NCBI GenBank assembly: GCA_020536535.1 | Contig: JAHLWZ010000807.1 | Location: 62,001-126,000, forward strand | Direction: 5' to 3' | DNA: 64,000 nucleotides | DNA from: Pelomyxa schiedti | Lineage: Eukaryota > Protista > Evosea | Position numbers and translations under genes: made by a program | The notes under the pieces: model-generated | What the model was told of the DNA's origin: nothing | The model's input: only the letters and a program-made list of their open reading frames with translations | The model's database searches: none | In this document: positions 47,937 through 59,669 of the stretch, one piece after another | How the letters are laid out: every line of letters starts with the position of its first letter | Position numbering within the stretch: position 1 is the stretch's first letter

Positions 47937-50900
47937 TTATTCATTCCTGTGCTTCTTTTCCTTCTCCCTGAGTTTGTTCCACTTCTTCTGTTTTGTAGTG
48001 TACAAGGCAAATCCATCTTCCAATACATGCAGAGCTTCATAACAAGTTGGCCTTGAATAAGGTACTGCACTCCAACACGTTTGCAGGAATGAGGACAAGA
48101 CCTGAGGGCATGAACTTGGTATAGTTGGCCTTATGCGTTTCTGTGCCACTTGTACAAGTATTTGAAATTCGGCCTGAATCATTGTGTATTCACTGTAAGG
48201 CCGCACATGCTCACCCTAAAAGTTTTTTTAAAAAGTTGACTATCATGTGTTTTAGTACCTTTAGACATCTGACAACCATCTACATAAAAACGAATCAGAA
48301 TTATAAGGAAAATAGTCCTTTTGTGGGAAAAACGTTTACCTCCCACAGAATAATCGAGAAACTGTATATATCAGACTTGTCTGTGTGAATTCCACCAGTG
48401 AAGACCTCCTAAGGTCCATTGGTTTTGTTGTGGTGTTTGAAGAGACATACAGGACAGCTATAGGCATATGTACCTCTGACTTTATACAGTGTTTCAGAGT
48501 CATCATTTATTCGCGTAGTGCCGAAATCGCTTGTTGTGTAATTTTTAAGAACATATGTGGGGGTATATGAATTTTACCATAACTTGGCGGAACCGTTATC
48601 AGCAATTAGAATGTTGGATGATTTTAAATCCCTGTGGAGAAGCTGGGGTACCCATGAATGAAGGCACGATAGTCCTCTCAGTGTGTCACAGGCGTACATG
48701 AAAACATTTTCCCATGTGAAGGCGGTGTCACTCTTCATGACTCTGGAGGACGGTGTTAATAAGACCGTTGTTGGAACTTATGGGAAAGATTGGCAGGTAC
48801 GTTTCTAGGCTGCCTCTTGAGCAATACTCCAAAACGAGGCAAATGCGAGGTTCTAACACAGCCCCGTAAAAATATACAATATTCGGAGATCGCAGTTCAC
48901 TGAAACGGTTAGTTATTCACAAAGAGAACTCGGTGTCGTTTCAATACCTCAAGAGGGAGAACTCCTTTTTGAAGTCCTGTATTGCACGGCTGTCAGGTTT
49001 TTCTTTCAGTACTTTGACAGCCACATACTGATTACGCCAGACTCCTTTGTACCTGTTGAGAGGAAGGTAAGTATATTAGAAGGATTTTTGAGAACGCACA
49101 GTTTGGCAAAACTTCCAGCCCCGAAAGGCTGCTTCTCTATGTGTTGCTTGATTTCACTCCATTGGATAGCCCACTGTTGTGCGTCCTCTTTTGTATTGTA
49201 ATTGTGAGAATTGGGGTAAATAAGTTCATATGACAACTCATTGGTGATGACTTTCTGGAAGGAGAAGGGGAGTGGGACTCCCTTCTTTCAGATCTTGAAG
49301 AAGCGTTTCGTTCAGATCTCGAAGAAGAGTGTGGAACTGGGTGCGTTCTTTCCGGGGCAGATGTCTACACACAAGTTAAATTAATGGTTAGTAGCAGGTG
49401 AATAACTTTCAGAGAAGGGGGAGACTCTCGAAGGGATGTGCCTGTGACTGGTGCCGATGCTGTCAATGAACCCTGCTCGATACTGGGGGAGGGGGTACTC
49501 TCTCCTGAAGATTGAAGAGATTTGCTTGGAGGTAAGCAATCTACGGGACCAGTATTTTCGTGAAAAGGTGGGCTATGGCCACAATTCTGGCAGAGTCCAC
49601 CTACAGGAAGGTGTCTGGGCCATAAAAATTGCACAAAAACAAGTACCATAATTGGTCCCATAGTATTGATCACATTCACAATTTTCTGTTGTACACGCAC
49701 CTCGTTTGATGGAACCCACACCAGTTGTATCTTGATTTGTTGGGAAATGAGTTAGTAATGGGCGTTATACCTGGTGAGATTATGAGAATTTTCTGTGTTT
49801 TTGCAAGATGGATTCTAGTACGAGGAGACACATCCTAAATTGAAAAAAAGAATTAACAACCATTTTGGAGTGAACAAGCAACTACAGCAAAATCGGAATT
49901 GCCTGACTCTGGCAGTGCCACTCTATCATTTTATTAGGTTTTCTTTCTCCCAGTTTGGGTACCTTTCTTCAGTAAAAGAATTGTGTTGTTCACCACTTGT
50001 AACTAAACTGTACAACGTTGAGAGTTATTTCCCTTGTCGGCTCTATACCTTTGTGATGCATCTTCGACTGAAGAAGGTCCATTTCCATACTCTGCCTAGG
50101 TGAGAGGATTATATTTTGAGTACAATCTTGAGAGCCATTAGTACCTGAGGAGTAAAAACGGGATATGCCTGGAAAAAACTATTTAGACTTTCAGTATCCA
50201 TGATTTCGAGAGCCAAAACAAAGCTTTTCTGAGTACAATTGAAAAAGAAAAAATGGAGGAGAGAAAGTACCACAGCAACATTCACATTTTCTTGGTTTTC
50301 TAGAACTTTCTGCCTCAGTGGCAAGGACAGCTGGTTTTCATAACGGTAGTATACCTCTTCAAGTGCATGTGGACAGTAACGACTGTACTCGTTGCTTGCC
50401 GTATGGGAATTGGGGGTGAAGGGAGCTTCAATTGTGGTGTTTGTCGAACTTGCAGGGGGAATTGAAGTGGGGTTGCAGGAGGGATTGCATGTGTGAGAAG
50501 CTAATGCTGAAGCACATTCATGTGCAAAAGATGCATCACATACAGCGTCAAGATGTGGTTCACGCTTTTCAATGTGATATCGTAGACATGGCCAGGCATA
50601 TTTATCACAAAGAAGGATCAACAGAGTATCATATTGAATAGTAGGTGCTGAAGTCACGGCAGTTTGTAAAATCAACGGAGGGGGTGATTCACAAGGGCTG
50701 TCTGGGATATCTGAAGATGAGCGTTGCCTTGTTCGGTCCTTTCTTCCAAAAAGTTTCTGGAAAAATCCTGTAGTGGCACAAAGTTAGACCACCCCATTAC
50801 CCAAAGGTACAAGTCACACCTGGGGATGGTGTTACAGCAGAACAAGAGGATGAATATTTCCTTGTTTTAGGTGGCGATGAAGGTGCTGCAATCGCCTGCT

Positions 50901-52140
50901 GTGATGTCGGCGGTGTAACAAGCACTGTAGCTGGCAGCACTTGAGCCTGGGGAATAGGAGGAGGGATTGGTGGGTTCTGAGTCGCGGGAGGGAGGAACAT
51001 GTACGAAATCAACGGAGATGCCGCCGGGGATAGCTGTGGTGACACCAGCGGGGATTGAGAAGGCGAAGCACTGCACGAGGAAGAGCCTCCCTCGCCCTTC
51101 AGCTGCCACTGATGATTCTGACTGTGATTCGGAGCCTGGAACATGTTAGAACTGCCCCCACGCGCGGGAGAGCAAGAGGAGGATTGGTTCTGCAGAAACG
51201 GAGGAGGCGGTGGGATTGCACTATGGTGCGAGTGCGACGATGGCGGCGGCATGGAGCTAGATGACGCCCCCGTCCTATGGTGAGGCTGCTGTTGTTGGTG
51301 GTGCTGTAGCCTGAGTGGCATGTGTTGGTTATATTGATTCGTACTTGTAGTAGTAGTAGTATTAGTAGTAGTAGTACTAGTGGGGTTTGTATTTGCATTT
51401 GTATTTGCATGGTTCTGGTTGTGCAGTTTGTGCCCAGACTGTGAACGTGGGACACCCCCACCATTGCCATTACCATTACCACTACCACTACCACTACCAC
51501 TTCCATTGGTGTTGTTGTAGTTGGAGGAGCGGGACGGCGAGGGCGAAGGGTGCAGCACAGAAGGGCAGTCCGTGACGTAGTGGGGGTAAGGGGGGGGCGG
51601 GATCCCCTGGTGCAGGGCGCCCGAGTGCGAGGGCGGCGAGGGAGGCGGCAGGGGCGCCGGGGACATGGGGGGCGACAGGGAGCCCGGGGCGCCCAGCACC
51701 GAGTCGTCGCTGCTGCTGGTGCGGATGCGGTACAGGCGCGGGGGCGCCGCGGGGGGCCCGGCCGACGGCGGGAGCGGGAGCAGCGGGCCCGAGGCGTAGG
51801 TGGCCACGGTGCCCAGCGCCACCCCGCCGTAGTAGCTGCCGCTGCCGCTGCCGCCGCCGGGCTGAAGAGGCGGCGCAGGAGGCGGCGGAATGGGGGGCAG
51901 CCCCGAGAACATCTGCGGGGCCGACGTGGACAGCGGCGCCTTGCGTATGGGGAACGGCGGCGGCGTGGTGCTGTTGGGCCACGGCGTGTCCGTGTTCCGC
52001 GGGGAAACCAGGGCGGCGGTTGGCGGGGCAGGGGGAGGAGGCGGGGGGATGTGGTAGTGTGTCAGCGGGGATATTGCCTGCTGCAGCGGCGGGGGGGGCG
52101 GCGGCCCGTCCGGCCAGCTGCTTCCTTTGTTCCCGTGCAT
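47937..52140 (-). CDS. TKL-group protein kinase with long Pro/Ser/Gly-rich N-terminus and uncharacterised middle domain
   Basis: 'IQWSEIKQHIEKQPFGAGSFAK', 'VWRNQYVAVKVL', 'LRSPNIVYFYGAVLEPRICLVLEYCSRGSL', 'LHRDLKSSNIL', 'DFGTTR', 'SDIYSFSIILWE', 'IRPTIPSSCP..CWSAVPYSRP'. Probable ATG at 52140 (MHGNKGSSW). Confidence 0.85.
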
Positions 52141-52326
52141 CAAGCGGTGTTCGTGCTGGGGTGAGCGCGCGCGTTTGATCACGAAACAAACCAAAAAAAA
52201 AGAGGGGAAAAAAAACGGGCTGGGGAAGACGTTTGATTGATCAATGGCTTCACTTCCATGTTTGAACCGAGCGAACATTTCGTAGATGAAAGTTTCAGGG
52301 AGGCTTGGTCACTTGCGTTACCAGAA

Positions 52327-55032
52327 TTACCTCACGTAGGTGTTCCTACCTCCGTGGTGGTGAACAAATGAAAGGTATGAGCGTGCAGAGTCGAGCACTT
52401 GCTGGTTTGTAAGTATTGCTGCCCCGGGTTCACTGTAGAGAGAGGGAAATATAAGGTGACGGTGTGATGCTGAATGTGTGTCGTTTTGCGTTGTGGTTTG
52501 TTTGCTTACCTTTCGGGTGTGTATTGGGGGTAGTGCAGTGTCATGGTCGCGAACACAGCAGCCGCTCTGTCATAGAACTGGAAAGAATGCAGGCGGGCGG
52601 GAGTAAGTAGTGGTTATAATAAGGGGGCAAAAGGTATACCAGTTTGGCGGTGTCGGTGCACAGGAACTCGGGTATTTGGTGCTCAGTTACAAGTTGAGTG
52701 GCACCACCTGGGCGAACTCCACGGAAGAAGAAGTCGGTTGTGGAATTCCACGTTGAAGAGAAGGCGTTATAAGCCTGATCCATTTGCGTCCACATTTCAT
52801 CTTGAGCTTTGAGGCTTGAAGTCCGACTGATGGGAAAATGAATGAGAAATGTAGAAAAAATTGGAAGCTGACTGTTCTCGCTCAGACATCAGTGTGCCTG
52901 TTCCTTGTATCCTCGGGTCTTGCAACATAAAAATAACCGCCTTTATGCCGGCCATGACAAGCTTGCCTGCGCATTGATGGCACGGTTCGAGACTTGTATA
53001 AACTGTTACTTCGCGAAGAAATGATTGTTTCCATGATGCAGATGCACTGTCTAGAGTAACACTCATGTTGTGTGGATGCCTGGCAAATTTGTTAACCAAA
53101 AAGAAAAATACGGTATATAAGATCACCTGAAAAGGGTATCTACCAAGCGTTCTTCAGCATGTTCAGTGGTGCTCTCAAAAATTTTATTGTGGTTGAATGC
53201 GTGCAATATTATACTCCCATCTGCAAAGAGAATGCACTTAATTTTGCCTCAAACACGATTGTCCTGAGAAACCTTTACGGACAGCAAAACATGCTATGTT
53301 ATGCCCAACATAGGTTGGTCTGTCAATTTGATAAACCCACTGCCCTCTAATCGCACAGGGTGTATTGCTAGCTTCCATCTCCCTTTGCACTAAAAAAATG
53401 TAGTGAGGAACGTGTTGTCTCTAAGTTTGTATGATTTTATTCCCCCCAGTAAGGGAAATACTTATTCTTTAACTCACTTGCACGGTGAGGATATGTCCCA
53501 AGTAAGCCATACATATTTCCATTAAATTGATCAGCAAGTATTGAGGCCAGACATAAGCAATATATCTTATTAAGATAAGGAGGGAACGTGAACGAAATGA
53601 GGAAATGCGTACTTGCTGCCTTTCCGCTTCAAAGGGTGTGAGTCTCGGCTGAGCTTCAATGATTAGTGAAGGATCACAAAGGTAGGCTTTTCCTGTCATG
53701 GAAGTCCACATTTGGAAAACGCTAACAGTACAATAAGAACGTGATAAAAAAAACAGAATTAAGATCAGTGAACCTTTGGGTATCTTGCTTCGCCTGAGTC
53801 ACTTGAAGATGTAGTGCAATCATTCTACATATTGGAAGAATCAAGTCCACATTAGCCGCACCTGCAACATAATTCGCGGTGAGTAGAGAACTTAATCAAA
53901 AGAGCCAAAGGGGAAGCAACTTGGAGTAGCGAAATGGGTTACAAAAGCATCTTCACGTGCCGTTTCAGATTCAAAGCAAGACTGTAAGGTTCTACAAATT
54001 TTAAGGGTGGCGACAATAGCCTCACTTGGAGCAGATTGAAATTCGTTCATGAACCTCGTAAGTGCTTCGTTTTTCATTTGCTCTAAGAATTTACAAAAAT
54101 ATGAAGTTAGACAATAGAAAGAATGTGTGGTTGTGGGGTATTGTAGAACGTTGAAAAGCACCAGTTGCAGTGAAAGGCTCCCTTTTACTGTGATACAGCT
54201 TCTCCAATGTATTTTCAACCACGATGGCCTCCCGTTTCAATAGACCAACTACAACTTCGCAGATACTAGGATTTGACGCCATCACCGAAGAAGACATTAC
54301 TTGAGAAGAAGCACCCATCAATTCAGGTGTTGTTGTTGCAGTTGTTGTTGCAGTTGCAGTTGCTGCTGAAGAGGTGCTAGTAAACAGAACGCTTGAAGTT
54401 GTAGGCATAGAGGTCAGCAATGGCATCACAACAGCCCCAGTCGGCGATGTTACATGCGTAGTTACCAACATTGTGGGAGCCGCCGCGGCCGCCGCCGCCG
54501 CTGCGGCAGCGCGCTTGGATGCGCCGCGACCTTTGGTGGTCTCACGGGGCGGTGGGGCTGTGATTGAAACCCCGGTCGTTCTCGAGATTGCGGTCAATGC
54601 TGAACGAATGACAGCTTGGTATAACTTACAGAACTTGAGTTGTTGCTTCGAGAACTCCTTGATGGAGCGAACGGTATGTTTCGGCGACAGAATAGAGGAA
54701 AGCCCGAGCACACTGGACGAAGAACAGCATGCTGAAGAAGAGATGCTGCTCGAGACAACTACGGAAGTAGAACAAGCAATTGGTGCCGGAGTCGTCGTCG
54801 GGGGAGGAGGCGTGGAGCAGGGCGTGGTAATGGTGCTATTAATAGCACTGGCAGTGGCTGTGGTGCCAGGTTGGTTCTGAATGGGATTTGGTGTTGTGGG
54901 AGTGGGCTGGGGTGTATCAACAGGGAGAAGGCCAAATGCGGTCTTGTTCACTTTGGTGCCGAAGGGTGTCACAAATGACAAGAGCGACTCGTCCCCAACT
55001 CCACCTCGTTTGCTCCCTCTTCTAGTTGCCAT
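52327..55032 (-). CDS. Zinc-dependent nucleic-acid/nucleotide deaminase (HAE...PCxxC), predicted fused to a Thr/Ser-rich and helical N-terminal region
   Basis: Spliced exons: 'FEAERQQ|IYCLCLASILADQFNGNMYGLLGTYPHRA', 'YVGHNIACFAVRK|DGSIILHAFNHNKIFESTTEHAEERLVDTLF', 'VTVYTSLEPCHQCAGKLVMAGIKAVIFMLQDP', 'IPEFLCTDTAKL|FYDRAA', 'ILTNQQVLDSARSYL'. Canonical GT-AG splices join it in frame to upstream exons starting MATRRGSK (55032). Confidence 0.75.
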
Positions 55033-55219
55033 CACGGAACGAAACCGCCTGGGTTGTGTTTTTTTTTCTTCTTAGTCGGCAACTTTGATGATTCTTTTCG
55101 CTCCCTTCTCCACACGTAAAAATTATTGTTTTCGCGTATGAACGAGGGAGCTCTTCCTTCGGAAGGCCTTAACGTCAAACAAACTATTTTTACCTTTTCC
55201 TTGCTGGTACTCCTGTGAG

Positions 55220-56115
55220 TTACAGGGGTGTGAAGGAAAATCTTGAGAGCTTTGCATAGGTGGTCTTTTGAGCTGGAGTCAAGCCTGACATCATCCAGAA
55301 GTTAATGTGCACCACCAGCTCATCAGAGGATTGTGGGATTGGGGGCACGGAAGAAGACCAGCTGTGCACAGTGGTCCCTGTGGAATCATCAGTTGCCACC
55401 CAACTTATCTTGTTTGAAGTCCATGTGAATTCATGTGTAGAGTTTGCTACACCCCGTGTCATTTTCCACATTTCTATCTGGCCTGAGTGTGTTTGTTTTG
55501 GTCATTATGGTTTGTCTATTACAATGTTTGGGTTGTGGGAGATAACCTGTCCCTCCTGGTTGGTTCACATAGTCCGCATTGTTTGCTGATGGTGACACAG
55601 CGCCCCACCTGGCAAATTCAATATCAATCTCCAAGGTGTCGTTCTTGTATAGAAAGAGTCCCAAAACAATATTACGGTCAACATCTGAATCATAAGACAA
55701 ATTCAAGGTGTTAATGCCCGCTCCTACTCCCGCAGTGTAACTATTACTTGAATTACTAATTACTTAAACATATGTGAGTCGCAAAGAACCGACCAGTGAA
55801 CTCTTCCACAGCGCCATTGACACCAAACGAGTAAGTTCCGTATCCCAAAGCATTTGACAGGTACACCTCAGAACAGCAGTAAGGCCTGGAAGTCGGGTCG
55901 CTTGGGTCCGGGGCCACCGACATCACCAGGTCGCCCTCTGTTCCCGACTCGACGTACGCATTGGCCGCACAGAAGTAGTTTGGCCCGGGCCCTGACTTCA
56001 CTCCGTGGGTGTCTCTTTGCGTCCATGCGTATCCACTCCACGCCAGGCTAGAAGCCCACACGCACGACAAGTACGCCAACACGACGACGACTACGACTGT
56101 TGAACGGACGCTCAT
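55220..56115 (-). CDS. Secreted GH16-like (ConA-like fold) glycoside hydrolase of bacterial type
   Basis: Signal peptide, 'LAWSGYAWTQR..SGPGPNYF', 'CSEVYLSNALGYGTYSF', 'NIVLGLFLY', catalytic-type ExDxE 'LEIDIEFARWG', 'HEFTWTSNKISW', 'VHINFWM'. Two introns. Confidence 0.8.
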
Positions 56116-56661
56116 CGGTTTTTTTTTATCTCTTGATTATGGGGAAAGGAAAGGAAGACAAGTTGTTGGAGGAGGGGAAAATGTTTTTTTATTTGTATTT
56201 CATTGGGCTTGGGGGGATTTGTTTTTGTGGTTGTGCACTCCAACCTGAGGAAGAGAGACGTAAGCAGTCAGTTCAGTGTAGCCAAAGAGCAGAGTGAGTG
56301 TGTCACAGACAAAACAGCAGTCACAGGGCGCGAGTTATAATATTTAACTAGTACGCATTGTAATTAGTTTGGGTTTGTGTGTTTTTTGTTTCAGGCTCGG
56401 AGTATGTCTCGGTAGAAGCTTGTGTAGCCACGGCACGTAACAGAAGATAAACACAGAAAAAGAAGGCAAGGGAGCATGTAAAAAAAAGCAGAGGGCCCAA
56501 AGTGTGTGTGAGGAGCACCAAAAAAGAGAGAAGCCAAGCCGGGCTTAAAGGAGAGAAGGAGGGAGGATACTTGTTTTATTAAGTTTGGTGTACAATACAA
56601 ACAGTAAAACAAGGCACGGGTAACATAAGGGAAAGGAGAACACATACCAACACTAAAAGTT

Positions 56662-57521
56662 TCATTGTCCTCCAACTTCATTTCCATCAGAAGCGGGTGG
56701 TGCCGTTACATTGTCCGCAGAAGTAGCTGAAGTCTCCTCAGTCTTCGGAGCATCATCAACCTTGACATCTCCATGATCCCTATCGCGGTCACGATCACGG
56801 TCACGGTCGCGATCCCTGTCCCTATCTCTTTCCCTTTCTCTATGGGAACTATGCGAGTCACGATGGGTGCTGTGGGAACTATGATGCCTGTCGCGATCCC
56901 TTGAGTGAGATTTTGAGCGCTCACGAGAGCGGTCGCGGGAACGATCACGGGAGTGATGATGATGGTGGTGATCACGTCTTGGAGAGCGGGAGTGAGATCT
57001 AGAGCGAGATGAGCGCCTTGGAGATGGAGACCTGCGTCCTCGGCTGTTGGGTTTAACGGAGTCAGAATCATTACGGAAATAACTATTATTACTACACAAT
57101 ATTAGTGAACTATACAAACGACCTTTCAGGACAATCACGAGCCCAATGTCCCCAGGCGGAACAGTTGAAGCACTTTCCTTCCCCAGGTACACGAGAGCGT
57201 CCACCAGTGGAGAACTCCACAATTAAACGAGAACCATCAAGATCCTAGGAAATAGGTAAAAAACAGTGGAAATACTTCAATAATGAATATTGAGACCTTG
57301 CCGTCCATTCCGGAAATTGCGTCCTCAGCGTCACGAGGGTCGTCGTACTCCTTCGCGACGTAAAAAAATACAATAATTTGAGCAAAACTACATACCACAA
57401 AAGCGTATCCGAACTTAAGGTCACATCTCACGATTTTACCATAGTGCGAGAACTTGGACTCCAGATCCGATTGTCGCGTTCGTTGGTTTAGGTTACCAAC
57501 GTATACTCGCGTGTTCGGCAT
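56662..57521 (-). CDS. SR splicing factor: RRM + CCHC zinc knuckle + RS/RD repeats (SRSF7/RS2Z-like)
   Basis: '[34 protein letters not shown]|[12 protein letters not shown]', knuckle '[17 protein letters not shown]', followed by RS/RD dipeptide tracts. Confidence 0.9.
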
Positions 57522-57715
57522 CACCGCTCGGCTCTTGGTTTTTGAAAAAAAAAAGGATCCAACTTAAAGCAAAAAAGCGGGTGATGCAAAACAAAAAACG
57601 CAGTTGTTTACAAAATCGACGGTTCTATTCTAATACAACTGCGACTTTCTTTTCTAAGCAAAAAAAAAAAAGGGAAACGATTCCGTTTAAACACACTGTA
57701 TGTAAGTGGCTGTTG

Positions 57716-59225
57716 TCACTGACGGACTAGTTTTATGGTTGCGCCGGGGCCGGCACGTTCTATTATGAGACTAGCCATCTGGATTTGTAATTAAGGCAAT
57801 AGAAGATGTGAATTTGGTGTACCTCTGAGGCCTGTGGCGTCTCTATGTATTCTGGATAGTGACGATTTCCTACAAATCTGAGGTGGTTGTTGGCACTGGG
57901 GGCTATTGGTGGGGTTTTTTTTTTTTACTTGATTACTACGTGTCTCTCGTCGGAGATAGTAATTTGCTCGACTTCGCGATAGTTGAAGGTTTCTCGTACT
58001 TCAAAAGATTCCGGGTCCAGTCGGAAGAAGTTATCTAACCTGTTGTGACTAAATCCAAAGCAACGCCATCAAAAATACACACGACAAACGGAATATTCTT
58101 TTTTGGTCTAGAAGGAGGGGAAAAAATCAGTAAAAGATACCAAATACTCAGGGTTGCTTACGTCTCCAATACCAGTTGGTCCTGAGGACAACAAAATCTA
58201 CATCCAAAGGCGTTTTTTTCTCTTGCCTTTGTTTAAGAGCATCCTATTTTGATGAGGGTTTGTCATTGATTGCACACTTCACACCTCTCTTGTGGGATCC
58301 TCTTTTACTCCTCCAAATGCATGAGCTAATCCCCGTAGTAACCACTCAGCCCCATCAATCCATCTGTCAGTAAGGGTTGTGGGAAATTCAGGAGGGTGGA
58401 CCATTGGCGATGTGGAGAGAATTGAGGCTGGGGTGGGAGAAGTAGAGACAGAAGTACTGGTCGAGGTTGCGGACCCAGGGATGGGTATTGGGGCCGATGT
58501 TGCAGTGGTCGTAGCTGCTGCAGTGGAAGTTGTAGTGGCAGAAGCGCTTGGGGCTTCTACAGATGAAGTAGTAACTACTGTGGATGTCTTAACTGGAGTA
58601 GCTGTAGAATAAATGGTGTGGTGTTATCAACTAAGTTTTTCCTTTTTACAATTTTATAGGTCACTATTCTTACTTGGTTTCTCAACTGCAGGGGGTTTGG
58701 CAAGCATCTGTTTCAGCTTCCCAGAGGAAAAAAGTGTATTCAACTCAGAAACAGTGCCGACCTTTTGACCGAAAATCTTTGACAAACGTGAGTAAAAAAG
58801 AAGAGGGACCTGTAACTGCGTACATAAATTTGTGGGAAAACCACACTTCCGCCGTTCTGATTAAGAAGAAACAAGAACAATGGTTGGTCAAGTGCACAGT
58901 CGTATATCTTAACGTCCTTTTTGGTCACTCCACAATCCGATAATATTCCGATGACTGAGAGTAAAAAGTCAGGGAGTGCAAAACACGCAGTTGTATTTAC
59001 TTTCTTCATTTAATTTAAATTGTAAGGTTTTTCTTCTTGCTTGTCCACTAGTTGGTTTTTACTTTCGTTAGTGTCTTCGTACTGCCGCTGCGCGCCGTAG
59101 TCACGATTTACGTAAACCGCGATTCTGGGAGTTCTGGCAGTTGTTGCAGTTCCGTTGGTTGCCGTAGATTTGCTCATGCTTCCTCTTCTAGGGGGAGATC
59201 CGAATGCCGGTGTCTCCTGGTGCAT
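57716..59225 (-). CDS. Glutaredoxin/SH3BGR-like domain + Thr/Ser linker + PH-like domain protein (start 59225 or 59177)
   Basis: 'RIAVYVNRDY...ILSDCGVTKKDVKIYDCALDQPLFLFLLNQNGGSVVFPQIYV...ELNTLFSSGKLKQML' is thioredoxin-fold-like with no CxxC. The C-terminal 'FVVLRTNWYWR|HQKRIFRL..FRLDPESFEVRETFNYREVEQITISDERHVVI' is PH-like. Confidence 0.6.
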
Positions 59226-59669
59226 CACACACCAATGATACTTTGGTTTTTTCTTTTTTTTTTTTTTTTTCTTTCCTTCCCTCTTCCACGTTTCGTAGTC
59301 AATCAGCGAAATGTCAAAGCACAAAGTGATCGGTTTCGTCCTGCCCGAGTGTTACCACTGAGGTACAGAACCTGAAATTTCCCCTGCCAAAGTACACTGT
59401 TGTTGGCACATTTTTCCGTAGACAACAGGTACAGGGGTCGTCCAGTTAACAAAAGATCCACAAGGAAGATTGGGAACCCAAGATGGAACGAAGCACACGT
59501 CAACTGTCAAGTGTAATTTTATTTCCTACCGAGTGTAAGTCTGTTTCACTTAACCGTGCTAAGTTCCCATGCCGCAGAAATTACCACATTTCCCAAATCA
59601 CAATTCCGTGTACTGTTTTCCAAACAAAACAACGCAACAACAAAAACCCCAAACGAGCCTCCAGGGCAA

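Noticed and set aside
51340-51500. TAG/ACC-type short tandem repeats, also 20560-20650, 56760-56990 and 7310-7350
   Set aside because: They are coding low-complexity tracts (poly-T/N, GN, HS, RD, poly-P), not CRISPR arrays, telomeric repeats or mobile-element ends.
56391-56687. 98-aa hydrophobic minus-strand ORF downstream of the SR gene
   Set aside because: It overlaps the SR stop region and pyrimidine-rich 3' UTR and has no motifs. It could be an alternative 3' exon, but that is unsupported.
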